Assembly: GCF_006345805.1 (NCBI RefSeq)
Contig: NC_043003.1
Location: 7,688,001 to 7,752,000, forward strand
DNA from: Octopus sinensis
Lineage: Eukaryota
Length of the DNA: 64,000 nt
Reading direction: 5' to 3'
This document shows positions 23,910 through 37,835 of the stretch, piece by piece. How positions within the stretch are numbered: the first letter of the stretch is position 1; every line of letters begins with the position of its first letter. The notes beneath the pieces are model-generated. The model ran no database searches, was not told the origin of the DNA, and saw only the letters and a list, made by a program, of their open reading frames with translations. The position numbers and the translations under genes were made by a program.

Positions 23910-24712
23910 GTGAAATATCGGAGGAATTCTGCTTGAAGCACAACATATAACCCCTCATAACATTTAAAAAAATTTTTTGGCATTTTCAGAAAACTTTTGC
24001 GAATTTGTGTTGATATGGGAATTGATATGACTATGAAAAAAAAAAACATGTTATAACTAACAGTGACAAACGAAATATACACCGCCGATAGTTGTTGACA
24101 AACAACAGCAGTAATTTTATTCAGCTGAATACACGTCATTGATTGGTTGAAATTACCGAAATACGACAACTTTAACAAAAGATAACTTTCAAAATACAGA
24201 ATTTTCTCAACAACGCCAAAAGTAAAAGATGTTTTATGTGACACATTCTACAATTATACGAAGTTTGAAAGTGTTTAGTTACAAAAAATTATTTTTTAAA
24301 TCTGTCGGTCAAAAGATAAAGATCCAAAAGATTTTCTCTTTTAATTTTTCGATTAAAAAAAAAAAATCAACGTTTAAAATACGAGCAGTTCGAAAGTGTT
24401 GCTTGAATCGCAACAACTGATCATTAAATGTATTTATGGGGAGAAAGAGATTGAAAAATATCAATACGTCAGAGTAAAAGAAAAAAAGAGGTGAGTGGGT
24501 ATCAGATGGGCGTGAGATGTACTAAAATATCAGTTAAATACTCCTTAAATCATACAAAAAAAATTATTTTTGGTGGTTGGGGGTTGCATAGCCATAGGAA
24601 TTCCTGTGTGGAGAAGACAAATTCTCAAAAGTTTTCTGAAAATTGCAAAATATAAAATAAATTATGAGGGGTTAAATGGGGTGCGGAAAGCAGAATTCTA
24701 TCGAAATATCAA
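23910..24712. mobile_element. MITE-like element with ~100-bp diverged terminal inverted repeats
   Basis: gaattctgc..aacccctcataa..ttttcagaaaacttttg (23924-24000) vs caaaagttttctgaaaa..ttatgaggggtt..gcagaattc (24626-24698). Confidence 0.6.
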
Positions 24713-24922
24713 ATATACTGAAGTTGAAGAACCTAATTCATTGTTACTCTCAATTTCACGCCAAAGAGCAGCTGTTGGAATAATGGAAAAATTATTTGAA
24801 TGATGCTAGGATTTCTCATCAGGAAACAAGCATTTAGCATTCATCCAGCGGTGATTGACCACGGTTTGAAACTTGAAGGAAGCTATTGGACAGAGACATG
24901 ATCATTAGCATAAACAAAAAAA

Positions 24923-25317
24923 TCTATATATATAAAGCTGAAGTTGTCTGTGTGTGGCAGGTTTGTAGCTTTCAACTCACACTATCTCCTCCGAGACCCT
25001 TCGGCGCAAGTTGACCAAAATTGAGAGTATGATAGAAGAAGGCTTGCTCTTCATTCCGTAAAAGATAAAATTCAAATCGGACCATGTTAACACCAAAAAT
25101 TATTTACATCAAAAAGGTGCTTTTTTTCTATGAAAATCCATATTTTTTACGATTTTTTGACTGCTGTATCGCCATTTTTCGGTGTATTTCAACCAGAAAA
25201 ATGTTCACTTAAAGAGAATAACAAGCTACATAATGCAAATGTTTTACTTTTCAAAAATTCCAATTCTAAAGGGTCGAAAATAAAATAAACCCGAGCAACG
25301 CCGGGCTATACTGCTAG
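24923..25317 (+). mobile_element. Non-autonomous Helitron (second family)
   Basis: A|TCTATATATATAAAG ... cccgagcaacgccggg hairpin ... CTAG|T; internal sequence differs from the 16682 family. Confidence 0.9.
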
Positions 25318-25690
25318 TATTAGATTAAAATTATTTGTTTCAAACTCTAGGTACAAGGAAAGCAAGTTCGTGGGAGGGGTTAGGTCGACTACATCCACCA
25401 CAGTACGCAACTGGTACTTATTTTATTGACTCCGAGAGGATGAAAGGTAAAGTCGACCTCGGTGGAATTTGAAGTCACAGAGTTTAAGCTGGACGAAATA
25501 CCGCTCAGCATTGTATCCGGCGTGGTAACGATTCTGCCAGCTCGAAATATTAAAATTACTAATAACCTATCATTATAAACTAGATAATTATCAATGCATT
25601 GCTTTCAAGTACCGACATAAAATTCAAGAAGCGTGCCAAAGGTTAGAGTTTAAAGTGAAAGAATAAAAGAAAGAACCGGAAAGACTCATA

Positions 25691-26076
25691 GGCGCAGGAG
25701 TGGTTGTGTGGTAAGTAGCTTGCTAACCAACCACATGGTTCAGGGTTCAGTCCCACTGCGTGGCACCTTGGGCAAGTGTCTTCTACTATAGCCCCGGGCC
25801 GACCAATGCCTTGTGAGTGGATTTTGTAGACGGAAACTGAAAGAAGCCCGTCGTATATATGCATATATATATATATATGTGTGTGTGTGTTTGTGTATCT
25901 GTGTTTGTCCCCCTAGCATTGCTTGACAACCGATGCTGGCGTGTTTATGTCCCCGTCACTTAGCGGTTCGGCAAAAGACACCGATAGAATAAGTCCTTGG
26001 GTCTAGTTGCTCGACTAAAGGCGGTGCTCCAGCATGGCCGCAGTCAAATGACTGAAACAAGTAAAAGAGTAAAAGA
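25691..26076 (+). mobile_element. Family A SINE
   Basis: Full-length head ggcgcaggagtgg.. and (agtaaaag) tail. Confidence 0.9.
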
Positions 26077-26732
26077 GAGAGAGAAATGGAGGAGAAACTA
26101 AATTTCATTCGTCAATCGGTGACATTTTCACTTGATTTCAGCAAACGATGTGCGTGTGTGGTCTATCATTCTGTTATCGGTTTCAACCAGAAGCATTGTT
26201 GTGTTGGAAAACCGTCGCTATATATCGGCATAGACACACTGGGTAGTTGCCTGGGAACCTCATGGGTCTAGAGTCCCTATTCTGATCTATGCATACTGTG
26301 GTTGGCTGTCAATAAATAACTACAATAGGGCCCAGTGTATTGGGTAGCCCAGAGGCCTAAAATGCTGCTAAGACAGCCCAGAAAGTGGGCATATCAATAT
26401 TTATACAGTTATTTTAGATCAATTTTATCTGATTTTACCAATTGGCTTCGCAAACGAGAGTTAGGGGAAAACCTAATTCCGGTGCTTCCCAGAAAGGCTG
26501 CTATGAAGAATATAGTAACTGCTCTCTGCTACCGAAGGTCAGAAAGTGTCGCGTCCGGTTGGTGGATGCTTAGGGTATGTATGTGTATAATGTATTTTAT
26601 TTGTGGGTATCCATGGAAAATCTGTGGTTGATAAATGGGTGCTTCTTCGTTTCGAGGTTACCAGGATAGTGAAAGCATTCACCTTACAGGATGTAGTCGT
26701 TTTCCGAGTAAAAAAAATAGTATTTATTTGAG

Positions 26733-28171
26733 TGAAAAGTAAAATTTATGGATTTTTCGATAAAAAAAAGATATACGGATGTAATGTGCTTAAATTATGG
26801 TTCAGATCCTCTCATTAAGAAAGCCATGAAATATATTTGATGGATCCTATTTCAATAATGACGGCGCCACACTGGTGCCATCAGTTTCCAATTATTTTAC
26901 TTACGTTCCTTGATTTCAATAAAAGCGAAAATACTTTTAATCGGGGAAAACTTCAACAAGGTAAAAATACTTTCTCTAGAAACCAAGAAATTTACCAGCA
27001 GTGGGCCTTTGAATCCTAAGCTATTGCATTGCCTGGTACTCGCTTTAGATGGAGTGGAAGGTACCTCTAGTACAACACAATGGTATCCAGTACGACCATT
27101 TGTATAACTCACGATGCCGAAGTTAAGTACTAGCCCTTCCAGAATTTTCCGCTTGTAAATTATTACATATCTCTCGCGTCTTCGCTCCAGGGAATGAAGT
27201 CGTAGTTTGTTGAGCTGTGACAGCCTTTTAAGTGTAGTAACGTTGGATCGCTTCAAGCTCCGCAATTAGTTCGACACTATGTGGTAACCACAGCTGAGAT
27301 CAGTAGTCTAGGTGGCTGAGAACAAAGGTCTTCCACAAGGGCCAACATGAGTTCTTGGTTACTTGTTCTGAAGAACCTTAGAATCCATCCCACCAATTGT
27401 CTGCACTTTGTTGCCATCTTGGTAATGTGCACATGAAACAGTGCAGCAATACACATACTGACCCCCCAAGTCTCTCACTATCTGTGACTCTGGGATTGCA
27501 GTGCATTCGAGTCTGATATGCGGGCTGTGAATTCGTGAGTTGATAGCACAGGGCTTGAAATTTTCTCGCCTTAAATTGCATGTTGTTTTGTTCATACTAC
27601 TTGTATATTGCATTTAGGTCCCGCAGCAAGCTTGCGACATCATCAGAGTTCTTTGTTGCCTGTGATAATTTTGAATCATTTGCATAGCTAGTGACAGTGG
27701 ATGGCTGATTCACTATTAGCAAGTCTAAAAGGGCTTTTATAAACAGTAATGGCCCCAAGACAGTTCCCTGAGGGATTCCTCTCAGAATTTGTCTTTCCCT
27801 GGAAAGAGCACCATTATCTGCAACTTCTTTTAAGAAGTTGTGCATTCACTCTCCTAGTTTACCAGCTATACCAAGATCTTGCAGTTTATGACCATCATGC
27901 TATGATCCGCCTTGTCAAGATACGCTACATCGACATTTGAATAGTTGAGCGGCTTCTTCAAAAAACAAGGTCACTGTGCTATAAGAGCAGCGTTAAGCAG
28001 TTTCTTCCAGGACGGAAAGCACGCTAAGTATCGCTCATCAAGTCTTTTTCTTCAAGGAATCTGATCAGTTTCCTTCTGACAATTCCTTGCATGACATTGT
28101 TGATTTGTGAAGTCAGAGGGCCGGGCCTGTCGTTTTTTGCCTCTGCCCTGCTTCCACTCTTAGTCATGCAT
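26733..28171 (-). repeat. Right arm of inverted duplication (LINE RT fragment), ends at assembly gap
   Basis: Reverse complement of 21907-23339. Confidence 0.95.
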
Positions 28172-28271
28172 NNNNNNNNNNNNNNNNNNNNNNNNNNNNN
28201 NNNNNNNNNNNNNNNNNNNNNNNNNNNNNNNNNNNNNNNNNNNNNNNNNNNNNNNNNNNNNNNNNNNNNNN
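28172..28271. other. Assembly gap (100 N)
   Basis: Run of exactly 100 N. Confidence 1.
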
Positions 28272-28745
28272 TGTGTGTGTGCGTGCGTGCGTTTGTGTGT
28301 ATATACATACATTCCTACGCATATATATTTTCACATTTATACATACATATATCCGCGTTTATTTAGATTTTTTGTACAAATGTGTATGTGGCTATACGCA
28401 TACAACACACCTAGAATCATACTACCAAATGTTTCGTGTGTGTGTTTGTGTGTGTGCCTGTGTGTTTGTACGTGTGTATGAATGTATCTGGATGTATGTG
28501 TGTGTTTGGAAAGAGAATGTGGAGAGAAAATATATTAAGAATAAATACAAATATCAAATTTCTACTCAATTATCTCTATTATTACGCGTATAAAATGCAA
28601 TTCTTTGTTCTTTGTATACTTACTTACACACATAGATAAATATATACACAAATACATACACACACACACACATAATCTACGGCATACATAATCTACAAAT
28701 ACATTTATACGTATGTATATGTATGTATACACGTGTGTGAGTGTG

Positions 28746-28777
<32 letters not shown>

Positions 28778-28911
28778 CGTGTCTGTGGTGTGAATTGACG
28801 AAACTCTCGGCCCTTGAGTCACTGTAAGTTCTGTCAGTTATTAATATTAAAAAAATATATATATATTCACATTTTGAATTCTATTTTCCTGTTCGCATCA
28901 CCAAAACTATT

Positions 28912-28957
<46 letters not shown>

Positions 28958-29139
28958 GTGTATTATTCAAAGGAATTCCAACTCTGTTTTTGTGTTTTAT
29001 TTATATTCCTTATAATATTAATGTAGAATATAGAATATATAGTATAAATAATATATATATATATATATGTAAAATGAAATGAAGTATTGATTGTCTTATT
29101 GAATAGATGAAATATTGAATATCAAATATTAAGGGACTA

Positions 29140-30070
29140 CTCTTTTACTCTTTTACTTGTTTCAGTCATTTGACTGCGGCCATGCTGGAGCACCGCCTTT
29201 AGTCGAGCAAATCGACCCCGGAACTTATTCTTTGTAAGCCCAGTACTTATTCTATCGGTCTCTTTTGCCGAACCGCTAAGTGACAGGGACGTAAACACAC
29301 CAGCATACAAACATATACATACATACATATATATACGTATATACGACAGGGTTCTTTCAGTTTCCGTCTACCAAATCCACTCACAAGGCATTGGTCGGCC
29401 CGAGGCTATAGCAGAAGACACTTGCCCAAGATGCCACGCAGTGGGACTGAACGCAGAACCATGTGTTTGGTAGGCAAGCTACTTACCACACAGCCACTCC
29501 TGCGCCTAGTATACTTTCTTGCATTAAAGCAGTCTTCAAGGTCCCAGGTTGTGACAGGAGTGTTTCAACTGTCTTTCACAGTGTTTCCACAGTTGAAACA
29601 CTCCTGCTTTAATGCATTGCGTCTGGCAGCTCGCCTTCGTATATATATATGGCGCAGGAGTGGCTGTGCGGTAAGTAGCTTGCTTACCAATCACATGGTT
29701 CCGGGTTCAGTCCCACTGCGGGGCAATTTGGTCAAGTGTCTTCTACTATAGACTCGGGTCGACCAAGGCCTTGTGAGTGGATTTGGTGGACGGAAACTGA
29801 AAGAAGCCCGTCGTATATATATTTATATGTGTGTGGGGGGGTGCGTATGCGTGTGTGTATATGTTGGTGTGTCTGTGTTTGTCCCCACATCGTCGCTTGA
29901 CAATCGATGCTGGTGTGTTTTCGTTCCCGTAACTTAGCGCTTTGGCAAAAGAGACCAATACAATGAGTACTAGGCTTACAAAGAATAAGTTCTGGGGTCG
30001 ATTTGTTCGACTAAATGGTGGTGCCACAGCATGGCCGCAGTCAAAGTGACTGAAACAAATAAAAGAATAA
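29140..30070. mobile_element. Divergently oriented pair of family A SINEs (29140-29507 minus, 29651-30070 plus)
   Basis: Both match family A. Confidence 0.85.
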
Positions 30071-30597
30071 AGCGATTCCGTCTATCAGAAACATGTGTGC
30101 GTGTGCAGCGAAACACTTTTGTGCAACGCATTGGTAATTCTGGCAACTGGTCACCTTGCTCAAGCAAACAGTGCAATCAACTCACCTTTCTCTTTATATT
30201 ACACCTCATGTTCCGTTTTAATCTTTCATAAGTCTCTTTTCTTTTAATGAAAGTATTTAGACGTACACTTCAACTACAAACACGATCTGTAGCATCAAGA
30301 ACCGTTCCAAGCTATGGATTTCCTAACAACTCTCTGAAAGACCGTTGAATGTGTTTAACAACTTCCGATTTTCAGTTGAAGATTGACGAATCAACGATGA
30401 ACAAACTTTCCCAACAATTTCCGCTTGCATTCCGTGCAAACTGCACAAATCTTACAATCGTTGTTTCTCCTTATTTCAACTTCGCCCGTTTTAAATTTCT
30501 CGCTCATACAGAATCACTCCAAAATACGTAAGCACATGTACAATTTTATTTGCCAAAACATACAAATTACTTATACAAATATTACCACTAATATATA

Positions 30598-30640
<43 letters not shown>

Positions 30641-30672
30641 TTATATATATATATATATATATATATATTCTT

Positions 30673-30710
<38 letters not shown>

Positions 30711-30719
30711 GGATGGAAA

Positions 30720-30901
30720 CGGAAATAACGCAGAAGTAAATCAAATACATTTCAATGTAGAAAAAATTTAATAAAATGATTTTAAAATTAGATAAAGAAA
30801 ATATTACCGGTAATAGTCTATATTTTCTTTTATATAATTCTTTCATCCTATTAATTTTATTCTAAATTGAAATGTCTTTCATTTACTTCTGTGCTATTTC
30901 C
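30720..30901. repeat. (TA)n-flanked imperfect fold-back element
   Basis: ggaaataacgcagaagtaaat..catttcaat vs attgaaatg..atttacttctgtgctatttcc. Confidence 0.65.
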
Positions 30902-30956
30902 ACACCAAAGTTATATATAAAAATTTGATTTGTATAGATCTCTAATCTTTTTTCAA

Positions 30957-31013
<57 letters not shown>

Positions 31014-31253
31014 TGTGTGTGTGTTAGCTTTTATCTTTAAATCGTTTACTTGTTTCGGTCATTGCCGAGACAGCGCCTCAAAGAATCTTTAATACTTATT
31101 TCTTGCTGAATCTTTAGCACGTATTTCTTCTTAAGTCTGTTACTTATTCTATCGGTCTCTTTTACCGAACAGCTAGGTTGCAGTGACGTAAACGAACCAA
31201 AACCAATTGTGAAGTTGTGGTGGAGAACACACATACACAAATATATATACAGA

Positions 31254-31293
<40 letters not shown>

Positions 31294-31434
31294 TGTATGT
31301 ATGCGTGTGTGTGTGTGCATGCATAATACATACGTATATGTACATACTTACGTCTATACATATATATATATTATATATATATTATTTATATTATATATAT
31401 TTATACACACAAACACACACACACATACATACAT

Positions 31435-31482
<48 letters not shown>

Positions 31483-31522
31483 ATATATATATAATATATA
31501 TATATACACATACACACATATA

Positions 31523-31836
31523 TTTCAAGAGATTTATTGTATAAATACGAGAATGGACAAAGTAAATTACAAAAAGAGAACAAAGCAATGTTACAGTTTT
31601 ACCTTGTATTTCTATATTTCGCGGGTTATGACCCCTTCGTCAAGTCTTTTGGAAAAAGCGGTAGTTGGAAAAAATCTGAGCAACTCCGTTTTCAAAAATG
31701 TTCTGAAGAAGCGGTCATAACCCCGAAATAAAGAAATACAGCGTAACACTGCAACTTTGCTTTGTTGCCTTTTTTTTTTTTTGTAGTTTACTTTATACCT
31801 TCTCGAATTGTTCCAGCCTTATACAAGTCTCTTTGA
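31523..31836. mobile_element. Decayed inverted pLTR-like pair, each arm with a degenerate hammerhead
   Basis: Plus CTGAAGA-a-gcgg-tcataa-cccc-GAAA (31703-31728); minus arm TTGACGA-a-gggg-tcataa-cccgc-GAAA-ta-TA; arms ~120 bp. Confidence 0.55.
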
Positions 31837-32319
31837 AGTTACACCACACAATGGTTCACCAAAAATGCCTCATATGTACATACGATCATGAACACAACAC
31901 CCTAACCACTCAGCCACACGCCTCCACATCACATAAACAGATCGTAAGATTGTGATTTCGCTTCCAGCACCGGGCGACGCGTTGTGTTGTTGAGCGAATC
32001 ACTTCAATTCACGTTGCCTCAGTCCATTCAGCTGGCAAAAGTGAGTAAACCTACGACGGATTGGCGTCCCGTCCAGGTGGGGAATTTCTCCGCCACTGAA
32101 ACAGGTTAAGTATCGTCCATCGGTGTCTTGGGACCCTTTCTTGCCGTTAAATCTTAGGAAATTGTTAACAGAGCAAGTACCTGTCATATGGGTTTCAGGC
32201 AAAAAGCGTAGTTGGTGGGGTGGGGGGAGCAGGAACAGCAATACTTGTTGCAATGGTAACGGTAACAACATAATTCGCAACAGAAATATCAGCAATTGCA
32301 ACGGCATCCTTGTGATCCC

Positions 32320-32735
32320 ATCACCACCATCATCATCATTATCATCATTAAAATCATCGTCACAATCACCATTATCATCAATATCACCATTATCATCATC
32401 GTCATCATCATCATCATTATTATCGTCATCGTCATCGTCATCACCATCATAACTATCGTCGTTGACATCATAATCACAACAACCAGCACCACCACCACTA
32501 CCATCATCATCATCCACATCATCATCATCATCATCATCATCATCATTATCGTCATCACCATCACCATCGTAATTATCGTCGTTGACAACATAATCACCAC
32601 CACCACCACCAGCAGCGGCACCGCCACCAGCACCAGCGGCACCACCACCAGCACCAGCGGCATCACCACTGCCACCATCATTATTGTCATCGTCTTCAAC
32701 ACCACCACCACTATTATCATCAACATCTTCATCAA
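32320..32735. repeat. (CAT)n/(CAC)n low-complexity tract
   Basis: Direct inspection. Confidence 0.9.
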
Positions 32736-33306
32736 CAGCAGAGCAGCAGATGCGGCACCAAATGGAGACACACCTGTTGAAATATTTGTAAAGAGATCAA
32801 AGGAGTTCCACTTTGACAGGAAATTAAAATAAAGAAAAAAATAAAGAAAAATTGTTTTAAAAACTCAGTAAAAAAGACAAAAACAAAATCAGCACAACGG
32901 GGCCGGTGAGGTGAGTTCTATTATTAGGAAACAGGTTGTATGTACAGGTGTGCGTAGGTGTAGACACCTAGCTGTGTGTTTCAGTAAGTGAATGTATACA
33001 TATATATATATATATGTGTGTGTGTATGGATATGCGTGGGTGGTAGTATTGTTAAGTTAAGGTGAAACTTTCGTAGATTAGCATAGGTATGTTGGTGTGT
33101 GCGTGTGTGTTTGTACATATGTGTGTGTGTGTGCGTGTGTGTGTACGTGCGTGTGTACGTGCGTGTGGACGTGTGTGTGTTGTGTCTGCGTGCGCATCCC
33201 CGTATGTATGTAGATACTAAGAAGTAGGGTGTGACATACACATACATATACAAACACACGTACATGTGTGTGTGTATGTGTGTGTGTCTTCTGTGTGTGT
33301 CTTCTG

Positions 33307-33796
33307 TGTATGTATGTATGTATGTAGGTACGTATGTATGTATGTATGTATGTATGTACGTATGTCTGTATGTATGCATGTACGTATGTATGTATGTATG
33401 TATGTATGCATGTATGTATGTACGTATGTATGTATGTATGTATGTATGTATGTATGTACGTATGTATGTATGTATGTATGTATGTATGTATGTATGCATG
33501 TATGTATGTATGTATGTATGTATGCATGTATGTATGTATGTATGTATGTATGTACGTATGTATGTATGTATGTATGTATGTATGTATGTACGTACGTACG
33601 TGTATGTATGTATGTATGTATGTATGTATGTATGTATGTATGTATGTATGTATGTATGTATGTACGTATGTATGTATGTATGTATGCATGTATGTACGTA
33701 CGTATGTATGTATGCATGTATGTACGTACGTATGTATGTATGTATGTATGTATGTATGTACGTATGTATGTATGTATGTATGTATGTATGTATGTA

Positions 33797-33827
<31 letters not shown>

Positions 33828-33997
33828 ATGCATGCATGTATGTATGTATGTATGTATGTATGTATGTATGTATGTATGTATGCATGTATGTATGTATGCA
33901 TGTATGTACGTATGTATGTATGTATGTATGTATGTATGTATGCATGTATGTATGTATGTATGTATGTATGTATGATGTATGTATGTATGTATGTATG
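33307..33997. repeat. Long (TATG)n microsatellite
   Basis: ~690 bp of TATG with TACG/TGCA variants. Confidence 0.95.
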
Positions 33998-34594
33998 TGT
34001 GTGTGTTTTAGTGTATATGTGAAAGTATGACTATTTCTGTTGGATTTGGACAGGGGATAAGTTGCCGTATTTTCACAGTAATGAATTCTCAGTCTCTATA
34101 AGGTTGTATACACGTTAATGACGGATCCTCCATTTGTATAACGCATGCGTGTGCTTTCGCCTGTGTCTGTGTATTTGTGTTCATTTACCGTTGCCCTAAA
34201 TTCAAATTGAATCCAAAAGATCGATATAATTTGCTATGAACGACAAATACAATCATAATAGATTAATTTTAATCAAACAATAGCGTTGAATCTTAATTAA
34301 TCCAGTGTTAGACATGTCATGCTTTCGAGAATAGTTCAAGGTTTGCAAGAATTTCATGGGTGAGTTTATCTGAGGTGTGCAAGATTGAAATCTTGGAGCA
34401 TCTAAAAATTTTCTCTTCTGTCACTGGAGTGTGACCATGCTGGGGCACCGCCTTGAAGCGCTTAATAAAACAGTTTCACCCCTGTATTCATTTTCTTTTA
34501 AATATGGTATTAATTCTATCGGTTTCGTTTGCCGAACCGCTACTTCGTTGAGAATTAATCTAACCAAAACGGTTGGCAAGCAGTGTAGCGGACG

Positions 34595-34626
<32 letters not shown>

Positions 34627-35124
34627 ACATACACTCACACGTGTGTGTGTGCGCGCGTGTGTATGTGTGTGTGCGTATGTGAGTGTGTTTGTGTGTGTAC
34701 TTTTTTATCATTAAGGCTGCAAACACATTCTCTTTCGTCCGGCAGTTGTGATCAAGAACCTTGATGAAGTATCTTGATCACAGCTGCCCGACAAACAGGA
34801 GCGTGAAACTCTGAGTATAGTTTTTGGGATGTTTTTTTAGCTTTAATAATAGAAAAAGCATATTACTCTACCTGCAGTATTTTCCATCTTTTCTGGCATT
34901 TATCTGCTTACTCGTGTGTACATATATATATATAAGCTGGACCTCTTACTGTCAAGTGTCGCAGATGCGGCAGAAGGTGCAGATGAGGGCAGCGGTATCA
35001 AACTCCCCCATGCACCAAATGTCAATTCCTAAAAAGCATTCGTGAAGTAAAATTACGTAGCAACAGCAAATGGCGGGGCCCCAACATGGCCACAGCTCGT
35101 GAGCTGAAACTGGATATAAAATAA

Positions 35125-35156
<32 letters not shown>

Positions 35157-35218
35157 ATGTATGTATGTATGTATGTATGTATGTATGTATGTATGTATGT
35201 ATGTATGTGTGTGGATAT

Positions 35219-35261
<43 letters not shown>

Positions 35262-35272
35262 TATAATATATA

Positions 35273-35524
35273 TATTACGGAGATGTACTCGCATAGCAAG
35301 TGATTTGATCTGAGATCGTGTGCTGGAACGAAAACAATTGCAGCGTGGAAGGTGTTTGTAAGCCATTTAAGAAACACAGGAGATGCAGCACAGGATTTTT
35401 GTCAGTGAACAGGTCGCGGATTTTAGCGACGAAAATATTTTGACAAATTAAACTTAAATGTTGAAGTGAATCGAACGGCTTTTGTGTGTTTCTTAAATGG
35501 CTTACAAACACCTTCCACGCTGCA

Positions 35525-35529
<5 letters not shown>
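35273..35529 (+). mobile_element. (TA)n-embedded Penelope-pLTR-like element with inverted 5' segment and G3-C8 hammerhead
   Basis: 35333-35378 inverted to 35485-35529; second family member at 37773-37977. Confidence 0.75.
35398..35447 (+). ncRNA. Minimal type I hammerhead, G3-C8 variant, copy 1
   Basis: tttgtca-GTGAACA-g-gtcgc-ggatttta-gcgac-GAAA-atat-TT-tgacaaa: perfect 7-bp stem I, perfect 5-bp stem II, palindromic stem III. Confidence 0.75.
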
Positions 35530-35569
<40 letters not shown>

Positions 35570-36094
35570 GTCTGTGGTCTGTAGCTAAAATAGTTGAAAA
35601 GTGTTATCGGTCCGTCGCAGGCGAGCTGCAAGATGCAGGAGGAAAGAATAAGAGAAAGTTGTGGCGAAACAGTCTGCAGAAGTTCGCCATTACCTTCTAC
35701 CGGAGCCGCGTGGAGCTTAGGTGTTTCGCTCATAAACACACACATAATCCGGTCTGAGATTCGAACCCGCCATCCCACGACCGCGAGTCCGCTGCTCTAA
35801 CCACTAGGCCATGTAGTAAATATATAGTTCTTATATTTATTCTTCTTCTTTGTAAGAATTCTTCTAATAATATACACGCAGCCATTTCAATACTTGATAC
35901 TGAACATATATTCTACACTATATGTATACATATATATATATTCGCACACACAAACACACACAACGACCATCTGGTCGGCTTGATACTATTGTGGAAGACA
36001 CATGTCCAAGATTCCTTACAGCGGGACTGAACCCGAAACCACTTAGCTGCAAACCGTGCTTCTGAACCCCTTGGCCTTTAGCATTAAAAAAAAA

Positions 36095-37697
36095 ATAATA
36101 GTGACGACATCAAAGTAAATTTGTAATTCGACTGAAAAAAACTTGTAAAGGTGACTGGCTTCATAGGAAATCGCTGAAAATATCAGCTGTCATTGGAGTA
36201 TTTTGATAATTGCTCCATATTCCTTCGTGTATAAAGTACAGTGAATGTCAAAATGATTGTTGTTATTCTTCGGTTTCTGAGTTAAATTCCGCCGAGGTCG
36301 ACTTTACCTTTCATTCTTTCGGGGTCGACAAAATTAGTGCCAGTGGGACACTGGGCTCGATGTAATCGATTTAACTCCTGCCCCTAAATAGCTGGCCCTT
36401 GTGCCCAAACGTGAAATCAATACTAATTGTTTCACTAGGGTGGGGAACTGGAGGAATCGTTAAGCACGCCGAGTAAAATGCTTCGTTCTGAGTTCAAATT
36501 CCGCTGAGGTGACTTCACCTTTTATCTTTACGGGGTCGACAAAATATGCACCAGTACAACATTGAGCTCGATGTAATCGAGTTACCCCGCCCCGAAATTG
36601 CTGGCCCTGTGCCAAAATTTGAAACCGTCATTAATATTATTTATTTAAGCAGAAGGCCAACGGTTTTGATAAGAGATAATTAGGAGAAACCATCGACTTT
36701 GTATTTGACTGATGCTCTGTTTTTAGTGACCTCGAAGGACGAAAGGTTAATATGAAATTAGATGTATTTGAACTAAGAACATAAAAGTCCGGAATAAATA
36801 CTGCAAGGCATTTTGTCCGACGTTTAAACGATTCTGCCAAACCAACCACCCGTCCTTAACAATTACTAGGAACATAGGGGCCAAACCTAAAATTTGGGGT
36901 GGAGATAAGCTAATCGATCAAGTCGACCCCAGTACTTCACTAATACTTATTTTACCGACCCAGGAGAGATGAAATGCGAAGATGATCTCGGCGTGATTTG
37001 AACCCAGAACGTAAAGAACTGAATAATACTAACAATTCTGAAGATTCTACTAATCCAATAAAATTAGTAATTCTAATTTAGGCGTGATGCCAGCAATTCT
37101 GAATGGAAGGGATCATTCGATAACATTGTCCCCTAGTACTTCACTGGTACCTTAATTTTATGATCTCGAGAGGGTAAAAGTGAATGTTGACTTTCGTACG
37201 ATTTGAATTCAGAACGTAAAAAGCCAAAACAAATTTCATGAAATATTTTGTTTTACAATATAGCATTTAGTCCGTCGCTCCACCGATTCTGTCAAACCCC
37301 TAATGCTTCGGATTTTACGGGTGGGGTTGTGTACACGATCAAATCCACCGCAGCATTCAACTTGATTTTCTTTTATTGGCCCTCGAAATAACGGAAGGTA
37401 TAATTGGTTTTGGTAGAATTTGAACTCAGGATATAAATAACCGGAACACGTAAATAACCGGAACACGTAAATAACCGGAACACATAACCGTAAGGCATTT
37501 TGTTCGACGCTCTAACGATTGTATTTCTCAAATAACAATAATAATGTCGACAGTCATTGTATTATATAGAAGAAAAGCTACAGAACAAATACCAATATAC
37601 TCCAATGACAGCTGATATTTCAGTGAGGTTGCGTGAATCCAGTCGCCTTTAGACTTTTCTTTGGGTCAAATTACAAACTTTCTTTGATGTCATTATT
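36095..37697. repeat. Old inverted repeat (36095-36267 / 37532-37697) enclosing a cluster of family B SINE fragments
   Basis: ctgaaaatatcagctgtcattggagtat vs atactccaatgacagctgatattttcag; ~6-7 Meta-like SINE pieces inside. Confidence 0.7.
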
Positions 37698-37785
37698 CTT
37701 TTGAACTTTCGAAATTTTACGCATACATACATACGCACACGCATACATATATACATACATGCATATATATATATGCAGCACGGAC

Positions 37786-37835
37786 TTTGTCAGTGAACAG
37801 GTCGCGGATTTTAGCGACGAAAATATTTTGACAAA
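37786..37835 (+). ncRNA. Minimal type I hammerhead, G3-C8 variant, copy 2
   Basis: Identical 50-nt fold to 35398-35447 while the flanks have diverged. Confidence 0.75.
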
